NCBI GenBank assembly: GCA_051313645.2
Contig: JBNRSN020000016.1
Span: forward strand, 34,410,001-34,474,000
DNA from: Centroscyllium fabricii
Taxonomy: Eukaryota
Direction: 5' to 3'
DNA: 64,000 bases
Shown: piece after piece, positions 11,596 through 22,862 of the stretch
Layout: every line of letters begins with the position of its first letter
How positions within the stretch are numbered: the stretch's first letter is position 1
Program-made: the position numbers and the translations under genes
The notes under the pieces: generated by a model
The model's database searches: none
The model's input: the letters and a program-made list of their open reading frames with translations, nothing else
Told to the model about the DNA's origin: nothing

Positions 11596-12340
11596 TACTA
11601 AGAATCTGCATAAATTATGAGGCACATCTCACATTCCTAGACTCACCTCACCCCCTTGGAGGAGACACTGCTGGCCATTCTCGGCAGGGGCATGGCTGAA
11701 CCCATGGCCGGTGGTGGAGCTGAAAGGATAAAAGCTGCTGGTATCCTCAGACGTTATCCTCCTTCTGGCATGCACCTCATGTTTTCCCGCCCTCCCATCA
11801 GCACAACTCCACCCTTGTGCCTTCCTCATTTCACACACCCAAGAAATGCAGCCAGCCCAGCCAGTGGGTGACCAAGAAGAGGGAGAGGAGACTGAAGAAG
11901 AACAAGAAGAAGAAGAAGATTGATTTGACACTCCCAGCCACCAACTCCTCAAGGTCAACCAGCAAGGCCATTTGCATTGTCCCCAGTGAAAATCAGCAGC
12001 CTTCCACCAGTCATGCTGTAGCCACTGGAGTAGCACTGTAGGATAGTCAAATGCACACGCAAGACACTCACCAGGAGAATGCATACGGATGATGAGTTGA
12101 TTTCTTGATATCACATTGGATGGATAGACGCATACAAGTGGATTGGAAAGTTTGCTTTGTGGTAGCTTTTATTTCAGCATCGTGGCCAAGAGGGCATTGT
12201 GATGGTCAGTAACAGATGGAAGGTAAGGTTTGGGACTAATGTTGAAAGGGGAATTGGGGTTGTGGTCACTGGGACTGGAGGTGGGTGATGCCATTCCAGA
12301 TATCCCAGCCACAAAGGGGCTGTCTGGTATCCATCTGCTT

Positions 12341-12455
12341 CCTCCTCTTCAGCTTGCTCCTCTTCAGCTTCCTCCTCTTCAGCTTCCTCGTCTTCAGCTT
12401 CCTCCTCTTCAGCTTCCTCCTCTTTGGCTTCCTCCTCTTTGGCTTCCTCCTCTTC
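12341..12455. repeat. 15-bp tandem repeat (CTTCCTCCTCTTCAG)n
   Basis: Directly visible. Encodes EEEEA repeats on the minus strand. Confidence 0.9.
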
Positions 12456-12620
12456 TGTGTCTTCCTTTTCCCTCTGTGAGCGGATGCTGTAAATGTGAAC
12501 TGACAGCATAAAATGCTGGACATACTCAGCTGGCCAGGCAGGATCTCAACCTGTGGTGTGAACACTTTTTTTCTCTCCATGGATGTTGTGTGACTGGCTG
12601 AGTATTTGCAGCATGTTCTA

Positions 12621-14282
12621 ACATAGAAACATAAACATAGAAGATAGGAGCAGCAGTAGGCCATTCGGCCCCTCAAGCCAGCTCCTCCATTTAATGAGAT
12701 CATGGCTGATCATCCAAATTCAGTACTCTGTCCCTGCCTTGTCCCCATATCCCTTGATCCCTTTAGCCTTAAGAAATATATCTAATTCCTTCTTGAATAT
12801 ATTTAATGAGTTGGCCTCTACTGCCTTCTGTGGTAGAGAATTCCACAGGTTCACCACTCTCTGGGTGAAGAAATTCCTCCTCATCTCTGTCCTAAATGGC
12901 CAACCCCTTATCCTTACACTATGACCCCTGGTTCTGGACTCCATCACCATCGGGAACATCCTTCCTGCATCTAGTCTGTCCATTCCTGTTAGAATTTTGA
13001 GTTTCAATGAGATCCCCTCTTATTCTTCTAAACTCCAGTGAGTACAAGCTCAATCGACCCAATCTCTCCTCATACGTCATTGCTGCCACCCCAGGTATCA
13101 GTCTGGTGAATCTTCGCTGTATTCCTTCCATGGCAAGAGCATCCTTCCTTAGATAAGGTGACCAAAACTGCACACAATATTCAAGATGTGGTCTCACCAA
13201 GGCCCTGTACAACTGCAGCAAGACATCCTCATTCCTGTACTCAAACACTCTTGCTACCAAGGTCAACATACCATTTGCCTTCTTAACTGCCTGTTGCACC
13301 TGCATGCTCACCTTCAGCGACTGGTGCACAACGACACCAGATCTCGTTGCACTTCCCCTTCTCCCAATCTATTGCCATTCAGATACAGGTACACAATCCC
13401 TTAACCACACATTCGAAAACCGAAAAGCTCCAAAAACCTAAAACCCGAGTTGCGCCAAAACTGACCCGTTTTGAAAGCCAATTCAATATAATCCAGTGAT
13501 AAAAATAAAATTAACCAGAAAGTAGTGCTTTCCAATGGAAAAAAATGGACCCAAGGGTCCAATTCCTCCCCGAGCCCACAATCTCCTACCGTTTCAGCCT
13601 GCACACTGGGCCGCCAACACGGCAATGCGCACGCGCATTTGATCTGCGCATGCGCACTGGGCACCCTCCGAAAACCGAAAAATCACTGTAACTGAGACCC
13701 GTCCGGTCCCACGGGTTTCGGATAAGGGATTCTGTACCTGTAATAATCTGCCTTCTTGTTTTTGACACCAAAGTGAATAACCTTGCATTTATCCATGTAA
13801 AATTGCATCTCCCATGCTTCTGCCCAATCACACAACCTGTCCAAATCATACTGGAGTTTCTCAGCACCCTTCTCACAGCACACACGCTCACCCAGCTTTG
13901 TATCATCTGCAAACCTGGAGATATATCTAGTCCCCTCATCCAGATGATTAATATATATTGTGAATAGCTGGGGTCCAAAGACCGATCCCTGTGGTACCCC
14001 ACTAGTCACTGCCTGCCACTCGGAAAAGAGTTGTTTATTCGAGCTCTTTGCTTTCTGTCTGCCAACGAGTTCTCTATCCAAGTCAATACCTTGCCCCCAA
14101 TCCCATGTGCCTTAACTTTACATGCTAATCTCTTATGCGGGACCTTATCGAAAGCCTTTTGAAAGTACAAGTACACCACATCAACTGGTTCTCCCATATC
14201 TATTTGATTTGCTACATCCTCAAAAATTTCAGTAGATTAGTCAAGCACGATTTACCTTTTGTAAATCCATGTTGACTCTCTG
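12621..14282 (-). mobile_element. CR1 LINE, 5'-truncated, frameshifted
   Basis: RT fragments FQKAFDKVPH, GVPQGSVFGP, RFADDTK and LVRPHLEYCVQFW, plus a CR1 3' tail. Confidence 0.92.
13386..13740. mobile_element. Tigger-like MITE inserted in CR1
   Basis: TA|CAGGTACACAATCCCTTA...TAAGGGATTCTGTACCTG|TA. Removing it restores the CR1 sequence CAGATAATAATCTG. Confidence 0.9.
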
Positions 14283-14474
14283 TACTCGCAAAGGCCTTCA
14301 TTTATCCTCTGAGCCCTTTCAAGCATCCAGCAGCATTCCCTACACATTTAAAACACTTTTCACATCTATTGCAGGAAGCCACCATTTCAATAAAAGAAAA
14401 AAAAAGTTCAAAACCTTAGATCCAAATTTACCTGAATGATGTGTGCGTCCCTTCTAACCTGCCGTGCTTAGAAC

Positions 14475-14673
14475 CCAATGCTGAATTCAACGCTAGGGTC
14501 GAAGTTCATTTTGTCCAGCATGACACTGCCAGCTACCGGCAGCGCAAAGGTAAGGACGAAAGCAGCGGCCGCCATGGGACCATCAGCAGCTGGCGAAAGA
14601 GCGGTGTCCGCCGTTTTAGCGCCATTTAATGGCGGCACTACGGAGTGGTGCTAAGGCCACGAATTTCTAGCCC
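14475..14673. mobile_element. Short Harbinger-type MITE
   Basis: Imperfect TIRs GGGTCGAAGTTC...GAATTTCTAGCCC. GC-rich GCGC/TAGC interior like 26662-27582. Confidence 0.5.
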
Positions 14674-15304
14674 CTTGATATATACATATCGTTATTTTGG
14701 TATTCATCAACGCAGCTTCTCAAGTAGACTGAGAAGAACTGATACACACATACAGATGATCCTATAAGGGCGAGGCGATGCATTACTTTGCCCCTCTCTC
14801 ACAAACACATACAAAGTAAACTTTATAAGGCATCTGACATTCAATGATGACATATATGATGCTGTATAAAAGAAAAAGAGGGGAGAGTTACCTTGATATG
14901 GTCCCATACGGCCTGGATGGGTGATATGCTGTGAATGTAAATAGCATGGTAGCCTATTGAGGGTGTCTTCTGTGTGAAGACAGGACTTTATCTCCACAAG
15001 GGCTGTGCAGTGGTCACTATTACCAATACTGTCATGAACAGATGCATCTGGGACAGGTAGATTGATGAGGACAAGGTCAAGTAGGTTTTTCCCTCATGTT
15101 GGTTCTCTCACCACGTGCCACAGGCCCAGTCTGGAAGCTATGTCCTTCAGGAACTTTGTGTTATAAATCTCATCATCATGAAGAAATGACTCATGAAATA
15201 ACACTGGACGGCCAGCTGGTGGCGCCGTCCGAGGAGTATAAATACTTGGGCGTGGGCCCAGCTTGCCCAGGGACATTTAGTAAACAGGAACTAGTGAAGG
15301 GCAT

Positions 15305-16258
15305 TGTTTCATCAATGACCTTCCCTCCATCATGAGGTCAGAAGTGGGGATGTTCGCTGATGATTGCACACTGTTGAGCACCATTCGAGACTCGTCAGAT
15401 ACTGACGCAGTCCGTGTCCATATGCAGCAAGACCTGGACAACATTCAGACTTGGGCTGACAAGTGGCAAGTAATAGTCACACAACACCAGTGCCAGGCAA
15501 TGACCACAACAAGCGAGACTCTAACCATCTCCCCTTGACATTCAATGGCATTATCATCGCTGAATCCCCCACTATCAAAATCCTGGGGGTTACCATTGAT
15601 TGGAAACTGAACTGGACCAGCCATATAAATACTGTGGCTACAAGAGCAGGCCAGAGGCTGGGAATTCTGTGGCGAGTGTCTCACCTCCTGACTTCCCAAA
15701 GCCTTTCCACCATCTACAAGGCACAAGTCAGGAGTGTGATGGAATACTCTCCATTTGCCTGAATGAGTGCAGCTCCAACAACACTCAAGAAGCTCGACAC
15801 CATTCAGGATAAAGCAGGCCGCTTGATTGGCACTCCATCCACCACCTTCAACACTCACTCCCTCCACCACCGGCGCACTGTGGCTGCAGTGTGTACCATC
15901 TACAAGATGCACTGCATCAACTCGCCAAACCTCCTTCAACAGCACCTTCCAAACCCGCGACCTCTACCACTTAGAATGACAAGGGCAGCAGACGCATGGG
16001 AACATCACCACCTACAAGTTCCCCTCCAAGCCACACACCATCCTGACTTGGACCTGTATCGCCGCTCCTTCACTGTCGCTGGGCCAAAACCCTGGAACTC
16101 CCTTCCTAACAACATTGTGGGTGTACCTACACCATATGGACTGCAGCGGTTCAAGAAGGTGGCTCACCACCATTTTCTCAAGGGCAATTAGGGATGGGCA
16201 CTAAATGCAGGGTTAGCCAGCCAGCGACGCCCACATCCCATCAATGAATTTAAAAAAA
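15305..16258 (+). mobile_element. CR1/L2-group LINE 3' part (partner of the Meta-like SINE)
   Basis: Peptides VGMFADDCT, IKILGVTIDWKLNW, IYKAQVRSVMEYS and PKPWNSLP. The 3' tail GACTGCAGCGGTTCAAGAAGG...CCCACATCCCATCAATGAAT is shared with the SINEs at 57075 and 61408. An inverted endonuclease-region fragment lies at about 14995-15155. Confidence 0.8.
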
Positions 16259-16917
16259 ATCATCCCCTATCTCCTACATCATCTCTACTAATCCCTTCTA
16301 CCTTCAAAACTGCAGTCAATAGCCCTCCTCAGAAAGACTTACTCTCGACTCCTCCATTTACTCCAACTTCTCCAATCATCCATCTTCAATCTTTCCTATC
16401 TCTCTAAAATTCTGAAACACTAATTGCTTCCACCTCTCCAACCATCCATAGTTTGGAACCATCCAATTGGGCATCCATCCTGCCTCAGCACTGTTGCCCA
16501 CACTGGTCATTCTTTCCTACACCAAGGCTGCTTTATTTCACCTCCATAACGTCAGCCTCTTCCAGCCCTGTCTCTCTTCTGCTGCATAAGCTCTCATTTA
16601 TTCCATTAGCAGCTTTGGGCTTGATTTCTCCTATTCTCTCCATGCTGGCCTCTACTCCCCACAAGCAACAACTCATCTAAAATGTTTCAACCTGTGACCT
16701 TGCACATACCAAGTGATGTAAGAAAACTCACTCCGCACTTGGTTTGAGTAAAAGCGAGGCTTTAATCAACTTGTTTCAAAACATGGAGGTCTAGTTTTTT
16801 TTATCCATTGATGGGATGTGGGCATCACTGGCTGGCTAGGCCTGCATTTAGTGCCCATCCCTAATTGCCATTGAGAAGATGGTGGTGAGCTGCCTTCTTG
16901 AACCGCTGCAGTCCATA

Positions 16918-17772
16918 TAAGAACATAAGAACATAAGAAATAGGAGCAGGAGTAGACCAATCGGCCCTTCGAGCCTGCTCCGCCATTCAACAAGATCATG
17001 GCTAATCTGATCCTAACCTCAATTTTATTTTTACTCTCCACCCCGCCCAAACCCATGTGATCACCCGGGAGAGGCGAAAAACCAGATAAAAAAAACAGTA
17101 GCCAATTTGGGAGAAAAACATCAGGAAAATTCCTCTCCGACCCATCTAGTCGATCGAAAACTGGTCCAGGAGATCACATGGCCGATCTGAACCTAGCCTC
17201 ACGTCCACTTACCAGCCCGTTCACCATAACCCCTAATTCCCTTTAATTCCAGGAAACTGTCTATCTCAGTTTTAAATATATTCAACGTAGTTGCTTCTAC
17301 AGCTCTCTGGGGCAGCAAATTCCACAGCCGCACCACCCTCTGAGTAAAGAAGTTCCCCCTCATCTCAGTTTTGAAATGGGAGCCCCTTATTTTAAGATTA
17401 TGCCCCCTAGTCCTAGTCTCACCCACCATTGGGAACATCCTCACCGCATCCACCCGATCAAGCCCTCTCACAATCTTATATATTTCAATAAGATCGCCTC
17501 TCATTCTTCTGAACTCCAATGAGTAGAGGCCCAATCCACTCAGCCTCTCGTCATATGTTAGGCCCCTCATCCCCGGAATTAACCTAATGAATCTTCTCTG
17601 CACTGCCTCGAGAGCAAGTATGTCCTTTCTTAAATAGGGACACCAGAACTGCACGCAGTATTCCAGGTGTGGTCTCACCAATACCCTGTACAACTGCAGC
17701 AAGACCTCCTTGCTTTTATACTCAATCCCCTTAGCAATAAAAGCCAACATTTCGTTGGCCTTCCTTACCACC
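16918..17772 (-). mobile_element. CR1 LINE 3' part with extended 3' UTR
   Basis: ORF 17199-17834 C-terminal CR1 motifs and an (ATGTTCTT)n tail. The same long UTR recurs at 56805-57003. Confidence 0.9.
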
Positions 17773-18418
17773 TCCCGAGAGTAGTGCAAATAAAATAAAT
17801 AAATTACATGCAAATTGCATACAGTAAAGTACATTATCAGGCGTGCAGGTACTGGAGTTTCTTTTTAGAGTTCAGGAGGCTGACAGCCCTGGGGAAGAAG
17901 CTGTTCTGAAATCTAGTCGTGCGGGTGCAAATTGCTCTGTAGCGTCTCCCGGAGGGCAGGGGGGCGAACAGACTGTGGCTGGGGTGTGTGGGGTCTTTAA
18001 TAATGTTCATAGACCTCCGTAAGCAGCGTTTGAGGTAGATGCTTTCCATTGACGGTAGCTGTGTACCGGTAATTCGTTGGGCAGTTTTGACTACCCGCTG
18101 CAGGGTTTTCCGGTCCAAGATAGTGCAATTACCATACCAGACTGTGATGCAGCTTGTCAGTATGCTTTCTATTGTGCAGCGGTAGAAGTTGGAGAGGATG
18201 CCGGATGACAGCCTGGCTTTCTTCAGCTTCCTTAGGAAGTACAGGCGCTGTTGGGCCTTCTTAACCAGAGAGGAGGTGTTTAGTGACCAGGAGAGATCTT
18301 CCGAGATGTGGACCCCGAGGAACTTGAAGCTGGACACCCTTTCCACCTCAGCCCCTTGGATGAAGATGGGGGTGTCTCTTCTGCTTCCAGTCCTCCGGAA
18401 GTCCACTATGATCTCCTT
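17773..18418 (-). mobile_element. Rex1/Babar fragment lacking its 3' tail
   Basis: ORF 17837-18406 is nearly identical to the C-terminal part of ORF 22863-24170. Confidence 0.9.
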
Positions 18419-18419
18419 G

Positions 18420-18698
18420 GAGGATTGATTAAAATCGGGGATGCACAGGAGACCAGAATTGGAGGAGCGCAGATATCTCGGAGGGTTGAAGGCTGGAGGA
18501 GATTAGAATAGGGAAGGGCGAGGCCATGGAGGGATTTGAAAACAAGGGAGCGAATTTTAAAGTCGAGGCATTGCTTAACCAGGAGCCAGTGTAGGTCAGC
18601 GAACACGGGGCGGGTGGGGTGGGGAGGGTGATGGGTGAACGGGACTGGGTGCGAGTTAGGACACGGGCAGCAAAGTTTTGGATCAGCTCAAGTTTACG
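18420..18698 (-). mobile_element. L2 fragment
   Basis: Peptide LHWLLVKQCLDFKI..LVFKSLHGLA. Homologous to 10240-10490. Confidence 0.75.
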
Positions 18699-18792
18699 GT
18701 GACACTTCGCTCTACCTCTCTACTGCGCCATCAACCGCACGCCTTTGGCTACTCACTCCAGCTGCCTGGCTGATATCTGTATGAAGACCTGG

Positions 18793-19188
18793 ATAGAAAC
18801 ATAGAAGATAGGAGCAGGAGTAGGCCATTCGGCCCTTCGAACCTGCTCCGCCATTCAATGAGATCATGGCTGATCATCCAAACCCAGTACCCCGCCCCTG
18901 CCCTCTCCCCATATCCCTATCGAGCCTGCACCGACACACATCCCAACCTATCCCCGTAACCCCATATATTCAATCCCCCTAACACTAAGGGTCAATTTAT
19001 CCTGGCCAATCAACCTAACCCGCACATCTTTGGACTGTGGGAGGAAACCGGAGCACCCGGAGGAAACCCACGCAGACACGGGGAGAATGTGCAAACTCCA
19101 CACAGATAGTCACCCGAGGCTGGATTTGAACCCGGGTCTCTAGTGCTGTGCAGCAACAGTGCTAACCACTATGCCACCGTGCCTGCCC
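18793..19188 (-). mobile_element. V-SINE, long tail
   Basis: Full head, V-domain and CR1 tail. Confidence 0.9.
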
Positions 19189-19189
19189 T

Positions 19190-19787
19190 CACCACCCCCA
19201 GAATTACCTGCCACACCCTCAGCACATGGGTATGCCCAGGAGGGCACCACAGACACCCGGCCTGAACCTGAGGTACTGTTGCGCCAATCAGGACGGTCTA
19301 TCACACCCCCGGTCGGACTAAATCTGTAGAATGGGTGAATGTGATGAAATATATATATGTTCATCAGCCTGTGTTTCTACCTTGGACTTACCTGTAATGC
19401 GAGTGTATGTACCGCCCACTTTTCTATTGTATGTATTGGGCTCCGCCCCCTGTCTTTTGCCATATAAAGGACTCCTGAACTGTATGAGTCATTCGACCTG
19501 GAGAACTTAGTGTGGAATCACGTACCACAGTTCTTATGCAAGAAGTCACACAACACCAGATTATAGTCCAACGGTTTTATTTTAAATCACAAGCTTTCTG
19601 CAGAAGCTCCGAAAGCTTGTGATTTAAAATAAAACCGTTGGACTATAATCTGGTGTTGTGTGACTTCTTGCATTTGTCCACCCCAGTCCAACACCGGCAC
19701 CTCCACATTATGGCCACAGTTCTTAGCTATTAAAAGCCTACCTTTAAGTTCTTAAACCTCTCGTTCGTGTTATTGATGGCCCATCAA
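19190..19787 (+). mobile_element. Gypsy-like relic: end of pol plus 3' LTR (about 19340-19787)
   Basis: LLRQSGRSITPPVGLNL* resembles a Gypsy pol C-terminus. It is followed by a purine-rich stretch, then TGTGATG...CATCA with TATAAA and ATTAAA. Confidence 0.55.
19537..19713. mobile_element. Fold-back Penelope mini-insertion
   Basis: Perfect inverted arms of about 60 bp. 12-bp TSD CCACAGTTCTTA at 19525-19536 and 19714-19725. Confidence 0.85.
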
Positions 19788-20984
19788 TAGTTTCTCTCTA
19801 TCTAGTTATCAAATTATTTAATCATCTTAGACACCTCAAATTAGATCAGCCCCTTAATCTTCAATGCTCAAAGGAATAGAAGCCTAGTCTATGCAACCTG
19901 TCCTCATAATTTAACCCTTTTAGCCCTGGTGTCAGAACTAACATTGTAGAATAAAGCCCAAGACATAAGAGAGAAAATATTAGCAATGATTCAGTGATTT
20001 ATAATCATTTTTTGAGGGAGCTGCAGCAATCTGGTTGCCCCCTGCTTTTGTTTTGCTTGTGTAATGTGGTTAATAATTTGGCATTCCATTTTATAAATTG
20101 CAGCTGACATCTGCTCTGTGTTAACTGTCAGAGTGGGGCCGCACTTTTTTCGTGGAACAGTACATCGAACTGGGTTTCATTGATGCTTATGTTATTAATA
20201 TTGTGATTCTATCACCAATAATCTGGCAACTAAAAGGATCTAATTTCAAGGGGTGGGCCACTTTTGCAATAACGCCAGGATGGCCAGTCCGCTGGTAAGT
20301 GGCCGGAGCAGACGGCTGGAGCTGTGAATTCCCCCGCCTGTAGCCTGCCCTCATTTTCATGAGAGTGATTGATAAGACTGACAGGTGGCAACTGTTCACA
20401 TTTGATTCGGAAAGACGAGGGAAGCGGGACTGAATGGGACCAGGCCGTTTTAGACTAAGTAATTGCCTGTAATATTATACGGGCCAGAGCTCCCAATATT
20501 ATTGCACCCAAGTTCAGGCAGTATTGGGATGGACACGTGCAAAATCGAGCGCATCTTCGTCCCCATCCATCAGAACACCATTTCCACCCGAAGAACAGGC
20601 AGCTCACTGTGATTATTTAGATGATGCCCAAGGAGCTATTTTTAGCAATCCTCAGGCCTCCATCTTCGGGCACGGATAGTTCCCCATGCCCATTTAGCCC
20701 CTGAAAAACTGGCCTAAATGAATTTTTAAACTCAGATGTCCATATCAGACCTGAGATCTGGCAGGCTAGAATTTGATGCTGTGATCCTTTTCACAGTCAC
20801 ACAGCCTTTGTGATGGAACTTATCTGGAGGTTATATTTAAGGAGCTGGCACAACTCAGTGGAGCTCAGATCATGAAGGCTGGTCCCAGAGCCATCCTGTG
20901 TTCCTTGAATATCCCTTAAAGTCTCTCAATGTCTCTGAATCTCTCCTGCTTTCTATCCTGTCGCTGATCTTCCCTTTTGTTCTT

Positions 20985-21920
20985 TCACCCTCTCCCCCTT
21001 TCCCCAACCCTACGTGCTTTAAAATCTATCCCCTCTCCTGCTTTGTTTCCAGTTCTGACGAAAGGTCTTCGACCCGAACCCATGGCCCAGAAATTAGGCC
21101 CGCAGCGCGTGAGTACGGATGGGGTACTCACGCGTGCGGCCATCCGAAGTGCAGGTTGCCGGCATACACCGCGCATGCACGCAGAACTGGCACTTCCGAT
21201 CCAGGGCCTGAAAGGGTCGGGAGCCCCAGCGCGTTGGCCTGCGCAGCAGGAGGTGCTCAGTGAACTTCCGATTTTTTCCCCAAGTTTATTTTCAGGGTAA
21301 GTATTGGAAATACTTACGGCTCCTATTTTCATGTGCAAAGAGTGGATTTCATCAGGTAAGTCTTTATGTTATTCAATTTAAGCATTTTTTTCACTGGTTT
21401 TCATTTTTAAAAACTTTAAAGACAGGTAAGTTGATTTTTAGGCCTATTAAAAACTTAAAATATTTTTTCAAAATTTTAAATTTTTGTTTAAAATAGCTCA
21501 TTTATGTGATTGATAGTACTTTTAAAAAATGTGATGGTTTTTTAACATTTATTTTAAGTTTTAGTGTGTTTTTGGGGCTCTAGTATTTCATAAGTTTGAC
21601 AGATCTTTCTGTCAAACTTATGAATGGAGCATTCTTTGCTCTGATTGGCTCCCCGTGGACCACGTGATCCCGCGGGAAGTCTCGCACTAACTCCGACCTT
21701 CAGTTGCCCCAGCGGGGCGCGGGGGGCTTTCAACAGGCCTCTGGATCGGGAGTTCAGGTGAGTGAAATCCAGAACGGCAGATGCGCTCCGTGAGTGCACT
21801 TTGGAGGCTTGCGCTCGCGGCAAGCCCCCAACCCTAATTTCTGGCCCGTTAACTCTGTTTCTCTCTCCACCGATGCTGCCTGGCCTGCTGAGTTTTACCA
21901 GCGTTTTCTGTTGTTATTTC
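20985..21920 (+). mobile_element. Penelope 3' terminus (hammerhead core at 21055) interrupted by a Harbinger-type MITE (about 21084-21847)
   Basis: AGTTCTGACGAAAGGTCTTCGACCCGAA | MITE GGCCCAGAAATTAGG...CCTAATTTCTGGCCC | CGTTAACTCTGTTTCTCTCTCC. The MITE is related to 28782-29512. Confidence 0.75.
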
Positions 21921-22862
21921 TCTTCAGACACATTCGTATTGCTGTGCCTGGCGCAAAACACCTGGCTCCTGGAAAGAGAGTGAGTGGGCACCAAATACCA
22001 CCAGCGCAATCTCAATTGCCTTCCTTCCTTCCACACAAACTGCTTTTCTTCCTTCAAATTTAGGACTACCATCGCAATCCCAAAGGAATTCCCACACTAA
22101 TTTGCTTTCTTCAAGTGAAGTAGCACCTGTGAGGAAGATTATTACGGAAAAAGGATTGTGACAAAATTATCTTAAAATGCTACAAACCACCAAAACACCA
22201 GTGGGAAATAATACACCAAGAATAATGCAGATATAGCTCTGAAAGAAATAAACCAGAACTCCAGATGCAATAGAAAGTATTTAAACACACCTGTAAGAAA
22301 CAAATACCCAAAGGCTAAAGCAACAAATTCCAAGAGCACCTTTTATATAACGGTGAGCAATATTAATTGAGTGAGCAGGTGAAAAAAAATGTGTAATCGC
22401 TGCATGGGACCAATTTACATAAGATTGAATTAACTGAAAAGGTATAATAAGGCTCGTTTCCGCTCCTTGCATGGCCTTCAAAAAGCAGAGAAATTTTCCA
22501 TTGCTGAAAACGATGCTCCACAAATCCAACCCTCAGGTCAAGAAAAGATGACGATCTCATACAGCACAACTGAATTAGCTTTTTGAAAGAAATTCAGTGA
22601 TTGGAGGCACTTTGGGAAGTTCTGGGTGTATGATACGCTGCTATATAAATAAGTTCTAATTTCAATGATGTCGTTAAAATATTCTGAAAAGGACTCTGAT
22701 TTCAGACAATATTATTTTTGAAATTGTATAAAGTCCAGCATTATATCACTTATTATCTGCTGTATCTCTTTTGCTTCAGTGTAATTAAAAATCATATAAA
22801 TAAATCTGTTTGCTAATTTTAGCCTGATTGATATAGTAAACCTATGAGATCTTTTCTGTCAT

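Larger units (their letters stand above)
9648..12505. mobile_element. Degenerate PIF/Harbinger transposon: Myb/SANT gene relic (+) and transposase C-terminus (-)
   Basis: ORF 11021 reads MWNHITKAITASSVAPTTWLQCSKKLHELRPLVK and is followed by a GT donor, with a further LTPLEETLLAILG segment. The convergent minus-strand CCQ..H motif is followed by an acidic EEEEA repeat (12341-12455). Interrupted by L2 and a V-SINE. Boundaries are approximate. Confidence 0.6.

Noticed and set aside
12174-12703. Glu-rich or Lys/Arg-rich ORFs suggesting a host protein
   Set aside because: A 15-bp repeat within a Harbinger relic.
21915-22580. Possible host exons (TTCAG...GTGAGT at about 21928-21985; minus-strand acceptor near 22290)
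   Set aside because: No recognisable peptide, and the plus-strand acceptor is partly Penelope tail. Cannot be supported without transcripts.
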